DNA from: a bacterium
Lineage (GTDB): Bacteria; Pseudomonadota; Alphaproteobacteria; Rs-D84; CACZYB01
NCBI GenBank assembly: GCA_014803575.1
Contig: JAAVBO010000009.1
Location: 1 to 61,345, forward strand
DNA: 61,345 nt
Direction of reading: 5' to 3'
Of the stretch, positions 29,682 to 38,039 are shown in pieces. The translations under genes and the position numbers were made by a program. Below the pieces are notes generated by a model, which was given only the letters and a program-made list of their open reading frames with translations, did not search any database and was not told the origin of the DNA. The stretch's first letter is position 1. Each line of letters starts with the position of its first letter.

Positions 29682-29989
29682 TTGCCATACCTCTTTATAA
29701 ACCGCTGGACAGCAGCCTCGTCATCAAGCTTATTAAAAATGTCACCGTCAGCATTAAGCGACTCGCTATAGTCTTTAATAGAGCTAATCCTAATCTTGCG
29801 GCCAGACTCAGTCTCAACTTCAATAACTATATCTTTCTTAAGCATCTGGGCTGACTTCCTGACAACCTCGCACAGGAATTCAAAAGACCAGTCAGCTTTA
29901 GCGAGCTGCCTTATAGCCTTGCGCCTCTTGGCTTGTTCGTAATGTATAGCTATAATCTGCCTCAAAAAGCTAGGCTCTTTGCTCTTCAT
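29678..29989 (-). CDS. hypothetical protein, 103 aa
   Basis: AAGGAAG RBS. Coupled to both neighbouring genes. Confidence 0.55.
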   Translation of the reverse strand: MKSKEPSFLRQIIAIHYEQAKRRKAIRQLAKADWSFEFLCEVVRKSAQMLKKDIVIEVETESGRKIRISSIKDYSESLNADGDIFNKLDDEAAVQRFIKRYGK

Positions 29990-31248
29990 CAGTACTTCCT
30001 TGAAAAGGCGCTCACGACATTGCTCCAGCTGCGCTTCTTATTATAATGGTTAACCAAGTTGTTAAAATGGCCTTTGACATCTTTGAACCTGGCGTCTGAC
30101 AACACCTCACAGCAACCTTGCACGTCCTTTATCCTCTCGTCAGAAGGAACTGTCTTCGTCTCTTCAGGCTTTCCTTTTCTGTGTATTATGATAGTTTTCT
30201 TAGCCTTAGGGCTTTCTGGATTATAGTCATATTTCTTAGCCTGGCCATGTGCTGGCTGGTACGTCCCTGCTTTCTTAGCTTCGCTCTTAGCCTTGTCCCT
30301 AGCATTAGCTGCAGCAACAGACGCCTCGTTAGCCTTGCGGCTGTTATGCACTTCTGACATTTTAGGCCCTTCAGCATGCAAGTCCTTCTTGTTCTTTATA
30401 AAGCTTCCAGCGTTCTGGTGCTGGTCATCATACTCATTTATCCATTCGTCATATCCGTCGTTCAAATCGCCAAGGCCTGGCCTTCTGCCTTTATGCGTTG
30501 TGCGGTCAGTTGTTAATGGCATCTGGTCTAACGGAATGTACTCTTCAGCATCCCTTACCTTTTCAGCCCAGTCTTCCATCAAGTACTTTAAAGTAGTCAA
30601 CGGATGCGCTGGACTAACTTGTCCATTTTCATCAATTGCATTTACAACATAAGATTTAGGAATGCCGCTAGTCGTAAAGCGCAAAATCCTAGGCTGCTCG
30701 CCTAGCGTACGCTTTCTCTTCATCTGCTCGCCGTTCTCATCATACAAGATGCTTCCATCAGCATCTCGCTCAGGCTCCTCTATTTCATACGTAGGCACCA
30801 GCGCTCCAGTCTCAGGGTCAACTATAAATTCAGTCTCAACTCCAATGTTCTCGTATATAGGCTTCTGCTCAAAACCAAGAGTAGACATAAGTTTATTAGG
30901 ATTTACAACTTTTTCTGTTAAAGCAACACCTTTTTCATCAAGCATAGGCTCGCCATTATCATCTAATACTGGCACGTCTTCTACTTTTTTAACAGTCTTC
31001 GCATACGGCTGCCATGTACTGCTATGTGCTATAGGCTCTCCGCCTTTTCCATATTGGCGCATTATAACTCTTTCTATGCCATCAGGGCCTTTTATAGGCT
31101 TAGACATGACAGGAGCGCTAAGCGACTGCCAGTTTATGGCAGTGCTTCCATATTTCTTTCCTTTATCATTATACGCATTCTTTTTGTCATTTAACTGCGA
31201 CCTTTTAAGCGCAGTAGGCGAAAAGTTACTGTTCCTCTTGCTACCCAT
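29989..31248 (-). CDS. hypothetical virion-module protein, 419 aa
   Basis: Consensus promoter 31283..31318 upstream and GAGAGG RBS. The C-terminal SDERIKDVQGCCEVLSDARFKDV...AFSRKY is homologous to the S74-domain entry of 17029..18768. Confidence 0.6.
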   Translation of the reverse strand: MGSKRNSNFSPTALKRSQLNDKKNAYNDKGKKYGSTAINWQSLSAPVMSKPIKGPDGIERVIMRQYGKGGEPIAHSSTWQPYAKTVKKVEDVPVLDDNGEPMLDEKGVALTEKVVNPNKLMSTLGFEQKPIYENIGVETEFIVDPETGALVPTYEIEEPERDADGSILYDENGEQMKRKRTLGEQPRILRFTTSGIPKSYVVNAIDENGQVSPAHPLTTLKYLMEDWAEKVRDAEEYIPLDQMPLTTDRTTHKGRRPGLGDLNDGYDEWINEYDDQHQNAGSFIKNKKDLHAEGPKMSEVHNSRKANEASVAAANARDKAKSEAKKAGTYQPAHGQAKKYDYNPESPKAKKTIIIHRKGKPEETKTVPSDERIKDVQGCCEVLSDARFKDVKGHFNNLVNHYNKKRSWSNVVSAFSRKY

Positions 31249-31282
31249 AAAAACCTCTCAATTTAAACACTTTTAATTATAC

Positions 31283-31318
31283 ATTATAAACTATGCTTCA
31301 TTCAATGTAAATATGTAT
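31283..31318 (-). promoter_or_regulatory. consensus sigma70-type promoter (ATACATATTTACA-17-TATAAT)
   Basis: TTTACA at 31311..31306, a 17-nt spacer and TATAAT at 31288..31283. Upstream of 29989..31248. Confidence 0.7.
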
Positions 31319-31322
31319 AAAA

Positions 31323-33242
31323 TTAAAAACCTATAACGTTCCACATACAATACCTCATACACGGCAGAAGGTCTGGATGATACACCTTGTCATCTATCTC
31401 GCTAAATATTTCGCCATTCGGACCTCTCAACAATATAGTGCTCTCACACTCGCGGCAAATCTTAGAGCCTTTTATAAACAACAAGCGGCCAGTCCTCATA
31501 AGCTCGTCAATCTTGTCCCACATAATCTTTTTGTCAGTTTTATGCGCATTAGCTATCTGCATTGACAGCGGAGCCCTCAGCTCGTCATCAAACTTGCAGT
31601 ACAAGCCTAGCTCCTGCGTAACATGTTGGTCATTATCATCAGCGTCCCATAAAATCTGCTTGTTCGCCCTCTTGTAATCTTCAACAGTGTAGCCTGAATC
31701 AGGGCCTCCAGGAAGCATTATATCTAGCGCCTTCTCCCATGCAACCATAACCTGCTGCTTCAAATACTCGAGCTGGCTTATCTTATAGTCATTGACATCC
31801 AGCCTATTAAACTTAACTTCAAAGAACTGGTACCCTTTTCCTTCATCATCTGACCACGCCACTCCAAATACAGAGTCATTGTCAGAACAACCATAGTCAA
31901 TTCCAAAAAACACGCGCGAAATCTTCCACTGAGGTATGCCTTCTTCAGGATTATACACTTTATAGTTAGGGTACAAGACTAGGTCGTCGTCATAAGCCCA
32001 TTCACCCCTGTACTCGCGCCTTGCAAACGACGACTCCCATGTGAGGCCTTTCTCTTCAAGAACCTTCTCAACATAAGCTCGCCTAGATTCAATATCTACT
32101 GGATGCGGGTTGTCTTCCCATGTCCAAGAGAAATGCGGAACTTCCCAGCTCTTCCACGCCATCTCGCCATACGTGCCTTTAATCTGCGGAGGAGTTCCAG
32201 CGCAAATAAACTTATACCCATCAGCATAATCCATCTGCATAGGCTGCAGAACTTCCCTCTGCAGATACTCCAACAAGTCAGACTTCAAATGATAAAACTC
32301 ATCAATAACAATTATGACAGCCTTGTGGCCGCGAATCTGGTCAGGATCCTTCGTGTTAGACAATCCGCGCACAAGTATCTGGCTGCCGTTATCCATTTTG
32401 CGCCAGTTAAACCGCTTGCCCTTCTTATCCTGCAAATGGCACTTGTCAACAATCTCATTCACTGCCGAGTCAATCAAGCCTTCCGTCAGCTCCATAGTCT
32501 CGCCAATGTAAATGCATGTCGTATTAGGCCGCCTCATACACTCTATCAAGCATGTCGCGACCAACATGTGAGTTTTTCCGGCACGCCGCGAGCAGCACAC
32601 GAGGACAGTCCCATTGCCAGCGTTTATAACGTCTAACTGCTTCTTGAACAAAGTATGCAGAATCATGTAAATGTTATACGCATTATCATAAGAAAGCTCT
32701 GCAACTTTCGTCTCTCCTGCACGGCCGTCAATCCTATCGATAAGATACATCTGAGCACGAGTATCTCTATGCAATATAGCGCTTATATACATCTTGCGTA
32801 TCAACATATCACGCTTAGACGCTGACTGAGACACTGTCAGGGCTAAGTCTGTAACAAACTCAAGTTCTGACTTAGCCTGGCTTACGCGCAGCTCCAGGGC
32901 CTTCATCTGATTCTTTCCAACTTCAACCGAACCTTCATCTGTATTTATCACTCCAGTCAACGAAACTTGCGTAAGGACGTTAGTCCACTTCGCATAAGAC
33001 ATTTCCGCCAACAAGAGCGCGTACTCAGGGTTATCCTGTATGAACTGAATCACAGGCTTGTTGTTCAGTGCAGCTACCTCATAAATACTGTCAAGAGACT
33101 CTTCTACAGAACCATCTCTTTTACCGCCATAAGGAACTGTGAACTTCTCGTTCATCATTTTCCTTGTAGCTTCAGTAAAGGAAATGTTAGCTATCTGGTC
33201 ATTGTCAATTTGCACATCTTCACGCAAAGCTAATTCATTCAT
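31323..33242 (-). CDS. terL: terminase large subunit, 639 aa
   Basis: Walker A-like VCCSRRAGKTH. Walker B-like AVIIVIDEFYH. C-terminal nuclease-like FFGIDYGCSDNDSVFGVAW. Lies upstream of the portal-like gene. Confidence 0.8.
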   Translation of the reverse strand: MNELALREDVQIDNDQIANISFTEATRKMMNEKFTVPYGGKRDGSVEESLDSIYEVAALNNKPVIQFIQDNPEYALLLAEMSYAKWTNVLTQVSLTGVINTDEGSVEVGKNQMKALELRVSQAKSELEFVTDLALTVSQSASKRDMLIRKMYISAILHRDTRAQMYLIDRIDGRAGETKVAELSYDNAYNIYMILHTLFKKQLDVINAGNGTVLVCCSRRAGKTHMLVATCLIECMRRPNTTCIYIGETMELTEGLIDSAVNEIVDKCHLQDKKGKRFNWRKMDNGSQILVRGLSNTKDPDQIRGHKAVIIVIDEFYHLKSDLLEYLQREVLQPMQMDYADGYKFICAGTPPQIKGTYGEMAWKSWEVPHFSWTWEDNPHPVDIESRRAYVEKVLEEKGLTWESSFARREYRGEWAYDDDLVLYPNYKVYNPEEGIPQWKISRVFFGIDYGCSDNDSVFGVAWSDDEGKGYQFFEVKFNRLDVNDYKISQLEYLKQQVMVAWEKALDIMLPGGPDSGYTVEDYKRANKQILWDADDNDQHVTQELGLYCKFDDELRAPLSMQIANAHKTDKKIMWDKIDELMRTGRLLFIKGSKICRECESTILLRGPNGEIFSEIDDKVYHPDLLPCMRYCMWNVIGF

Positions 33243-33805
33243 TAAATCACCTCTGCAAACTTACAACATTCTTTTATTATGTTCTTGAAGTCTTCTACTT
33301 TCTCATTCAGCACTTTAATCTTTACAAGCGTAAAACCGTCTAGCTTAGCTGCAATGCTCGAACCTGCGTGCCCCTCTGCTACTGAAGGCTTGGCTACAAA
33401 CTTAGATATTGACGGCGCTACATAGCCAGGGATAGAGACACAAAACTGCTTGTACCCAGCCTTTGTAATCTTTCCATAACTAGACGTTATCTGCAGCAAA
33501 GCCCTGCGCGCATCCTGCTCAGTCTCTGCAGACACATACACCACTGGCCAGTCAGCTGTCAATATATCTGCGTCACTTGCTGCAAGCCTTATAAGCGCTT
33601 CCTTCCTTCCATGCCCGTCAAGCAACAAATTCTCGTCGCCATTCTTCCACACTGCAAAAGGCATCATCAAGCCCTCTTTAACCAAGCTCTCAGACAGCTT
33701 AGCTATATCATCATCTGTCCTCTTCTTCAAGTTGCCCTGAAAAGACACCAAGTCAGTCAGCTTTATAGAATCGCTAGCAGCGCAATTTATCTTAATCATT
33801 TTCAA
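33242..33805 (-). CDS. ParB-like nuclease domain protein (possible small terminase or DNA-recognition subunit), 187 aa
   Basis: GGAGG RBS. IKLTDL...IAKLSESLVKEGLMMPFAVWKNGDENLLLDGHGRKEAL fits the ParB N-terminal domain pattern. Start and stop are coupled to terL. Confidence 0.55.
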   Translation of the reverse strand: MKMIKINCAASDSIKLTDLVSFQGNLKKRTDDDIAKLSESLVKEGLMMPFAVWKNGDENLLLDGHGRKEALIRLAASDADILTADWPVVYVSAETEQDARRALLQITSSYGKITKAGYKQFCVSIPGYVAPSISKFVAKPSVAEGHAGSSIAAKLDGFTLVKIKVLNEKVEDFKNIIKECCKFAEVI

Positions 33806-33857
33806 ACCTCCGCTATATAATAGAACATTATCATGTTTTCAGCACCTTGTAAACAAT

Positions 33858-33898
33858 ATTAGCTAATAAAACCAAACAAAATTCAACTGCTATATAAT
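33858..33898 (+). promoter_or_regulatory. ATTAGCTAAT-N25-TATAAT promoter-like element
   Basis: Palindrome at 33858..33867 and TATAAT at 33893..33898. Points into the non-coding hub. Lies 53 nt from the ParB-like gene start. Confidence 0.5.
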
Positions 33899-34020
33899 AT
33901 AACCGACAATAACTGCTAGAACAACAACATATTCTACGCGTAATATAGCAGGTTGTACGGCAACAACGGCGCCGTTCCGTGTCACGCTACACAATTCATT
34001 TGTAAATCTAAAAGTGTTAT

Positions 34021-34049
34021 TTGACATTCTAAAGGCTACAAATTATAAA
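34021..34049 (+). promoter_or_regulatory. TTGACA-17-TATAAA promoter-like element (rightward)
   Basis: TTGACA at 34021..34026 and TATAAA at 34044..34049. Located in the divergent hub. Confidence 0.45.
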
Positions 34050-34070
34050 TGTACAAAAAATATTTTTGAA
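34042..34070 (-). promoter_or_regulatory. TTCAAA-17-TATAAT promoter-like element (leftward, towards ParB-like/terL)
   Basis: On the minus strand, TTCAAA is at 34070..34065 and TATAAT at 34047..34042. Its -10 overlaps the -10 of the rightward element. Confidence 0.4.
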
Positions 34071-34143
34071 TTTCATTTTTCAATTTGAAAAATAAAAATT
34101 TTTTTGTACCAAAGTTATAAAATTGAGCTTTTCAAAATAAAAA

Positions 34144-34177
34144 TTGTACATTCACAATTTCATGTGTAAAGTAAAAT
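34144..34177 (+). promoter_or_regulatory. 13-mer TTGTACATTCACA with a downstream TAAAAT (15-nt spacer)
   Basis: 13-mer at 34144..34156 and TAAAAT at 34172..34177. The spacing is suboptimal. Confidence 0.3.
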
Positions 34178-34219
34178 ATTGCATGTTTAACGTTTTATGT
34201 GCCGTTCTTGAAGCTGTCC

Positions 34220-34254
34220 GTGTCGTTGTCCATGAATTTTGTGTCGCTGTCCAT
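34220..34254. repeat. direct repeat GTGTCG(T/C)TGTCCAT x2, 21 nt apart
   Basis: Copies at 34220..34233 and 34241..34254, in a GC-richer island of the hub. The 12-bp palindrome AACGGCGCCGTT lies nearby at 33965..33976. Confidence 0.6.
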
Positions 34255-34378
34255 TATTAGTTGTGCATGGCACATGAATATTGGCCCGGGGTTTTTGGGA
34301 AACGCGCTAGAAAAATTCTACCTGTGTTTTTAAATGTATTCTATTATATAAAATTATTTAATAATATAAATAAAAAAA

Positions 34379-34695
34379 TTAAATATATTTAATAAATAAT
34401 TAAATATAAAAAATTATTTATTAAATATATAAAATAAAAAATTAAATATATTTAATAAATAATTAAATAAAATTATTAAATATATTTAATAAATAATTAA
34501 ATATAAAAAATTATTTATTAAATATAAAAAATTATTTATTAAATATATTTAATAAATAATTAAATAAAATTATTAAATATATTTAATAAATAATTAAATA
34601 TAAAAAATTATTTATTAAATATATTTAATAAATAAAATATTAAATATATAAAACTATTAAATATATTTAATAAATAAAACATTAAATATATTTAA
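34379..34695. repeat. array of eight copies of the 14-bp perfect palindrome TTAAATATATTTAA
   Basis: Copies start at 34379, 34442, 34476, 34539, 34573, 34615, 34657 and 34682. Most are followed by TAAATAA. A 97-bp higher-order unit is repeated (34442 to 34539 and 34476 to 34573). Confidence 0.9.
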
Positions 34696-34990
34696 TAGAA
34701 CAAGGGATGGAGTACAATGGACCTTGCAGCTTAACTTTTAGTCCGTGACACTTTGTACATGTGAGGAGACCACGCCCCACGGTAATTGGATGGAGTGACT
34801 TGTGTTTGAGTTCCAAAGAAAGAAATGTGGTTAGTGTTCATGCTTTACGTTTCATTTCCATACCTCATTTTACCTCAATTTGGCTTCACGTTCTTGAACA
34901 GTGGAAAATGATTCAGGAATTATGGTTCAAGATTCACTGGTCAGGGTACGTGGAATAGTTCTAACTAATAGTTACACAGGAGGTGTTACT

Positions 34991-35284
34991 TTGAATATCA
35001 CTGTAGAAATGGTCAAGAAACTTGACGAAATTAACCAGAAACATAAGGATTGGTGCACGCCAAATATGGAATGTTACACTGATGAGGATTTTGATAACTA
35101 TGAAGAAGTTATTGAAGAGAACAAGCAGCATTACCTGGATGACCTTGTCGACTTTATGAACGATGAGGCTCCAGAAGACATTAAGGATGTTCTTTGGCGC
35201 CCTTGTGGTGAAAAAGAAACTGAAGAGTGGGAGGAGTTTGTCTTTAAGGGAACTCCTTGGGAAGGCGAAACTTATAGAAAGTAA
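34991..35284 (+). CDS. early protein, GTP(W/F/Y)-motif family member, 97 aa
   Basis: AGGAGG 7 nt upstream of TTG at 34991 (the alternative ATG is at 35009). C-terminal EEWEEFVFKGTPWEG. FMNDEAPEDIKDVL matches 12150..12770. Confidence 0.55.
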   Translation: MNITVEMVKKLDEINQKHKDWCTPNMECYTDEDFDNYEEVIEENKQHYLDDLVDFMNDEAPEDIKDVLWRPCGEKETEEWEEFVFKGTPWEGETYRK

Positions 35285-35306
35285 AAACAAATAGAGAGGT
35301 AAAACA

Positions 35307-35738
35307 ATGAATGAAGGAAAGGATTACAGAAACTCAGTTGGCTATTTCCGTGACCCGTTCACGGGAAAAGAATTTGATGATGCAATTATCAAGGCGCCGC
35401 GAGTGCCTGGCCACAAGTTTGCGCATATCTATGCGTCTGACGGAAAAACCGTGATACCTATCTCTTCACGGTTCTGGACCAGAGAAGAGAAAGACGCATA
35501 CTACGCGAGCCGCAAGAATGGCTCTTCAGGTTCTGGTCCACAGAAGACTGAAGAATTGAGGCAGTCTCTGAATGAACTCAGAGAGTATTTGGAATCTGTC
35601 TTGCCGAACGACAAGAAGGTTCGAGGTATGATAGACAAGATGATGCCTGCAGACCCTGCAATTGCAAGGATGCAGAAACAAGTCGAAAGCATGTCGGAAG
35701 AACAAAAACAGTTATTCTTAGCAATGCTTAATAAATAG
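35307..35738 (+). CDS. hypothetical early protein, 143 aa (paralogue of 42637..43140)
   Basis: GAGAGG RBS. Shares YRNSVGYFRDP...RFWTREEKDAYYASRKNG with YHNSTGYWKDP...KLWNANEKQCYKEYRSGG. Confidence 0.65.
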   Translation: MNEGKDYRNSVGYFRDPFTGKEFDDAIIKAPRVPGHKFAHIYASDGKTVIPISSRFWTREEKDAYYASRKNGSSGSGPQKTEELRQSLNELREYLESVLPNDKKVRGMIDKMMPADPAIARMQKQVESMSEEQKQLFLAMLNK

Positions 35739-35751
35739 GAGGAATAAAGAA

Positions 35752-36072
35752 ATGCACGAAAATGAGGTTGAGGACATGTTAAGCGCATACTATAACGCAG
35801 AAAATAGTGGCGAAGAAAATGAAGTAACTAAGAAAGCGTATGAATCGCTTCAAAGCATGTTAAAGGATGATTTTAACGAGATATTCGTTGAGTTCATTGA
35901 TTTGGGCCGCAAGCTGAGCAAGCTGATGTTCAAGTATGGCGGAGACGTTGTTAGTATGAGCAAGCAGTACTCGCTAATGATTAACCTGTTGAGGTATACC
36001 AATCCAAACGCATACGATTATTGGATTAACGATGGAGAGGTTGAAGTTCCTGAAGAATGTAAGGGAATGTAA
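35752..36072 (+). CDS. hypothetical early protein, 106 aa
   Basis: AGGAGGA RBS. Confidence 0.6.
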   Translation: MHENEVEDMLSAYYNAENSGEENEVTKKAYESLQSMLKDDFNEIFVEFIDLGRKLSKLMFKYGGDVVSMSKQYSLMINLLRYTNPNAYDYWINDGEVEVPEECKGM

Positions 36073-36097
36073 TAAATAAGTGTAAGAGATAAAAGAA

Positions 36098-36208
36098 ATG
36101 AAAGAGCTGACTAAATGGGATAATAACCCAAGAATGCTACATGTTTGGGACGAAGACTTTTCTATGAATGTAATTAGAAAAGTCATATACGTTGCTGAAG
36201 TTGAATAA
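36098..36208 (+). pseudogene. 36-codon truncated paralogue of the 46123/46578 family
   Basis: MKELTKWDNNPRMLHVWDEDFSMNVIRKVIYVAEVE aligns with the N-terminus of 46578..46982 (MKEIIEWDNNPRLMWVWDNEYKSKIKAKVIYIQD), then stops. Confidence 0.4.
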
Positions 36209-36233
36209 AGTAAAATAAGATGAGGAGGTTGAA

Positions 36234-36602
36234 ATGAGTATAAGCATATCATTCAAGGTTACACCTAGAATGGTGAAAGACTTGGCAAGCATAAACGCTA
36301 GATTTGCTGACAAGATTGGCTCTACGATAAGGGAGTACATTACGGATACAAAGAATTTGAGTGATGCAGAGCAGAGGTATCTAAACGAGATTGTCGAGTT
36401 TGAAAACGAGTATGTTCCAATGGAATATGAAAACATTATGTTCTCTCTAAACGACAACGGGCTAGGGCAATACGTGACGAGAGCATGGGAGAACTGGGTG
36501 TTTGCTGGCACGCCGTTCAGGCTGCAGCATCTTAAGAGCTACAAAGTATCATATGAGCTAGACACAGATGATTTTGTGGCTTTGAATATGGTAGAAGAAT
36601 AA
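36234..36602 (+). CDS. early protein, GTP(W/F/Y)-motif family member, 122 aa
   Basis: GAGGAGG RBS. Contains TRAWENWVFAGTPF. Confidence 0.65.
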   Translation: MSISISFKVTPRMVKDLASINARFADKIGSTIREYITDTKNLSDAEQRYLNEIVEFENEYVPMEYENIMFSLNDNGLGQYVTRAWENWVFAGTPFRLQHLKSYKVSYELDTDDFVALNMVEE

Positions 36603-36629
36603 ATTAAAATAATAGTGAGGTAAGAAAAA

Positions 36630-37259
36630 ATGGAAAACATGGAAAAGAATTTTAAAGAGATTATCGCTAAGCACATGAACGAGTACGGTCAGAAGTATAC
36701 GAACCATGACTTGTTGTTTAGAATCAAGAATGATTTTAGAAGCGTCAAGCTGTTCAGATGCTTTGGATACAAGCAAGAAGATAGAGAGAAAATCTTCGAG
36801 TATTACAGAGAGCTTACTGATTTTATAATGATTTATGCTCCAGATGGATGCTGTAGTGGTACGTGTGACGAAGATGCATGCTGGGAAGACGACTGGCCGT
36901 TCACGAGAGCTTGGGTGGATGCATGTTTGGACGGCACGCCGTTTGAAAGAGGCTTTGGACAGCGCTTGCTTGACGATATATTTTACAAGGGAGAGCATAG
37001 CAGTCCTATGAAAGACTCTTATGAGAATAAGATGAAGATGCTGCGTAAAAAATGGGGGCCTGAATCTGAAGGGTATAAGCCTGACATGTTTCTTAAAAAG
37101 CTTGTCGAGTTTTATTGGAAAGACATGCCGCATGACTTCAAGGTGCTAACAGATATGTACTTATTCAACGGTAAAATGAGCATTGACAGGTCAGAGAATG
37201 CATGGAAGAACTGGGTGTTTGGTGGAACTCCATGGGAAGACATAGACTTCGGGCACTGA
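36630..37259 (+). CDS. early protein, GTP(W/F/Y)-motif family member (two motif copies), 209 aa
   Basis: GTGAGG RBS. Contains TRAWVDACLDGTPF and ENAWKNWVFGGTPW. Confidence 0.65.
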   Translation: MENMEKNFKEIIAKHMNEYGQKYTNHDLLFRIKNDFRSVKLFRCFGYKQEDREKIFEYYRELTDFIMIYAPDGCCSGTCDEDACWEDDWPFTRAWVDACLDGTPFERGFGQRLLDDIFYKGEHSSPMKDSYENKMKMLRKKWGPESEGYKPDMFLKKLVEFYWKDMPHDFKVLTDMYLFNGKMSIDRSENAWKNWVFGGTPWEDIDFGH

Positions 37260-37330
37260 TATCATACAAATTACGCTATGCATAAAACAAAATGCATAGC
37301 GTAAAAGAGAAATGGAAGTGAGGAGGCAGC

Positions 37331-37597
37331 ATGGTCTACACTGAAAACATAGATACTGTATCTGAACTGATACAGTATCTGCAAGAGTCATGCCTCGACC
37401 GCGGATACGCGGCGACAATAGACTCTGATGCATTTGACTACTATATTGAGATTGGTAAGATGGAAGACTTTACTGTATGCTTTACTATAGAAGACTTGAT
37501 ATCACGGCTAAGCGAGTTAGACCCAGAATTAAATGCAAGTCTTAACATTATTGTCGATGAATCTATCAATATAATGGTTGAAAAAGAAGATTGGTAG
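37331..37597 (+). CDS. hypothetical early protein, 88 aa
   Basis: GAGGAGG RBS. Confidence 0.6.
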   Translation: MVYTENIDTVSELIQYLQESCLDRGYAATIDSDAFDYYIEIGKMEDFTVCFTIEDLISRLSELDPELNASLNIIVDESINIMVEKEDW

Positions 37598-37632
37598 CAG
37601 AAACGAATGTTTTTATCTTGTGGGAGGTAAAG

Positions 37633-37818
37633 ATGGAAGAGAAATACGACAAGCCATGGACTAGAAAAGAGTTGTCCATGCGTATTGGCTTCGGTGAGCT
37701 TGCAAAAGCAGTCATTGAGCAATGGAACAAAGACGGTCGTCCTGAAAGCGACAGGAAGCAGATTGAATACTGGTTCAAAGTTATTGAACAATCAAGAGAG
37801 AAGCATGCGACAAGATAA
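37633..37818 (+). CDS. hypothetical early protein, 61 aa
   Basis: GGGAGG 6 nt upstream of ATG at 37633. The earlier track start has no RBS. Confidence 0.5.
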   Translation: MEEKYDKPWTRKELSMRIGFGELAKAVIEQWNKDGRPESDRKQIEYWFKVIEQSREKHATR

Positions 37819-37864
37819 TAGCTGCTCTTAAAGGAAAGTATAACACATTAAGAGGTGATGAGTG

Positions 37865-38032
37865 ATGGAAGAGATACTAGTTGCGATGTTCGCTATATTC
37901 GGCGCAGCATTTGGATTCGGCGTGCTGCTTAACCCTTTCTTCTGGCAAGGGTTAAGGAACAGCAAGTACTGGGACGAGCGCAAGAAGAACGCTAGTAATA
38001 GCAGAGACTTAGCAGACCCAGATAAAATGTGA
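37865..38032 (+). CDS. small single-pass membrane protein, 55 aa
   Basis: GAGGTGATGAG upstream. MEEILVAMFAIFGAAFGFGVLLNPFFW is followed by a basic tail. Below the 60-aa cut-off of the ORF track. Confidence 0.45.
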   Translation: MEEILVAMFAIFGAAFGFGVLLNPFFWQGLRNSKYWDERKKNASNSRDLADPDKM

Positions 38033-38039
38033 GGTACAA

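Noticed and set aside
33900-34330. DnaA-box-like 9-mers (for example TGTGTAAAG near 34164) as evidence for a host-DnaA-dependent origin
   Set aside because: There are only one or two imperfect matches in AT-rich DNA. This cannot be told from chance without a statistical scan.
34330-34700. The AT-rich repeat array could be mistaken for a CRISPR array
   Set aside because: The repeat is a 14-bp AT-only palindrome with irregular spacings (25 to 63 nt). The 'spacers' are themselves repeated as part of a 97-bp higher-order unit. No cas genes are present.
34761-34990. ORF 34761..34958 and the ATG-34901 extension of the first early gene
   Set aside because: Neither has an SD. The strong AGGAGG sits just before TTG 34991. 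The 65-aa frame starts with GTG and has odd composition.
34696-34990. A possible tRNA in the hub or other intergenic gaps
   Set aside because: I could fold no cloverleaf by eye, and there is no GTTCGAATC-like T-loop with a matching acceptor stem. tRNAscan or ARAGORN should still be run.
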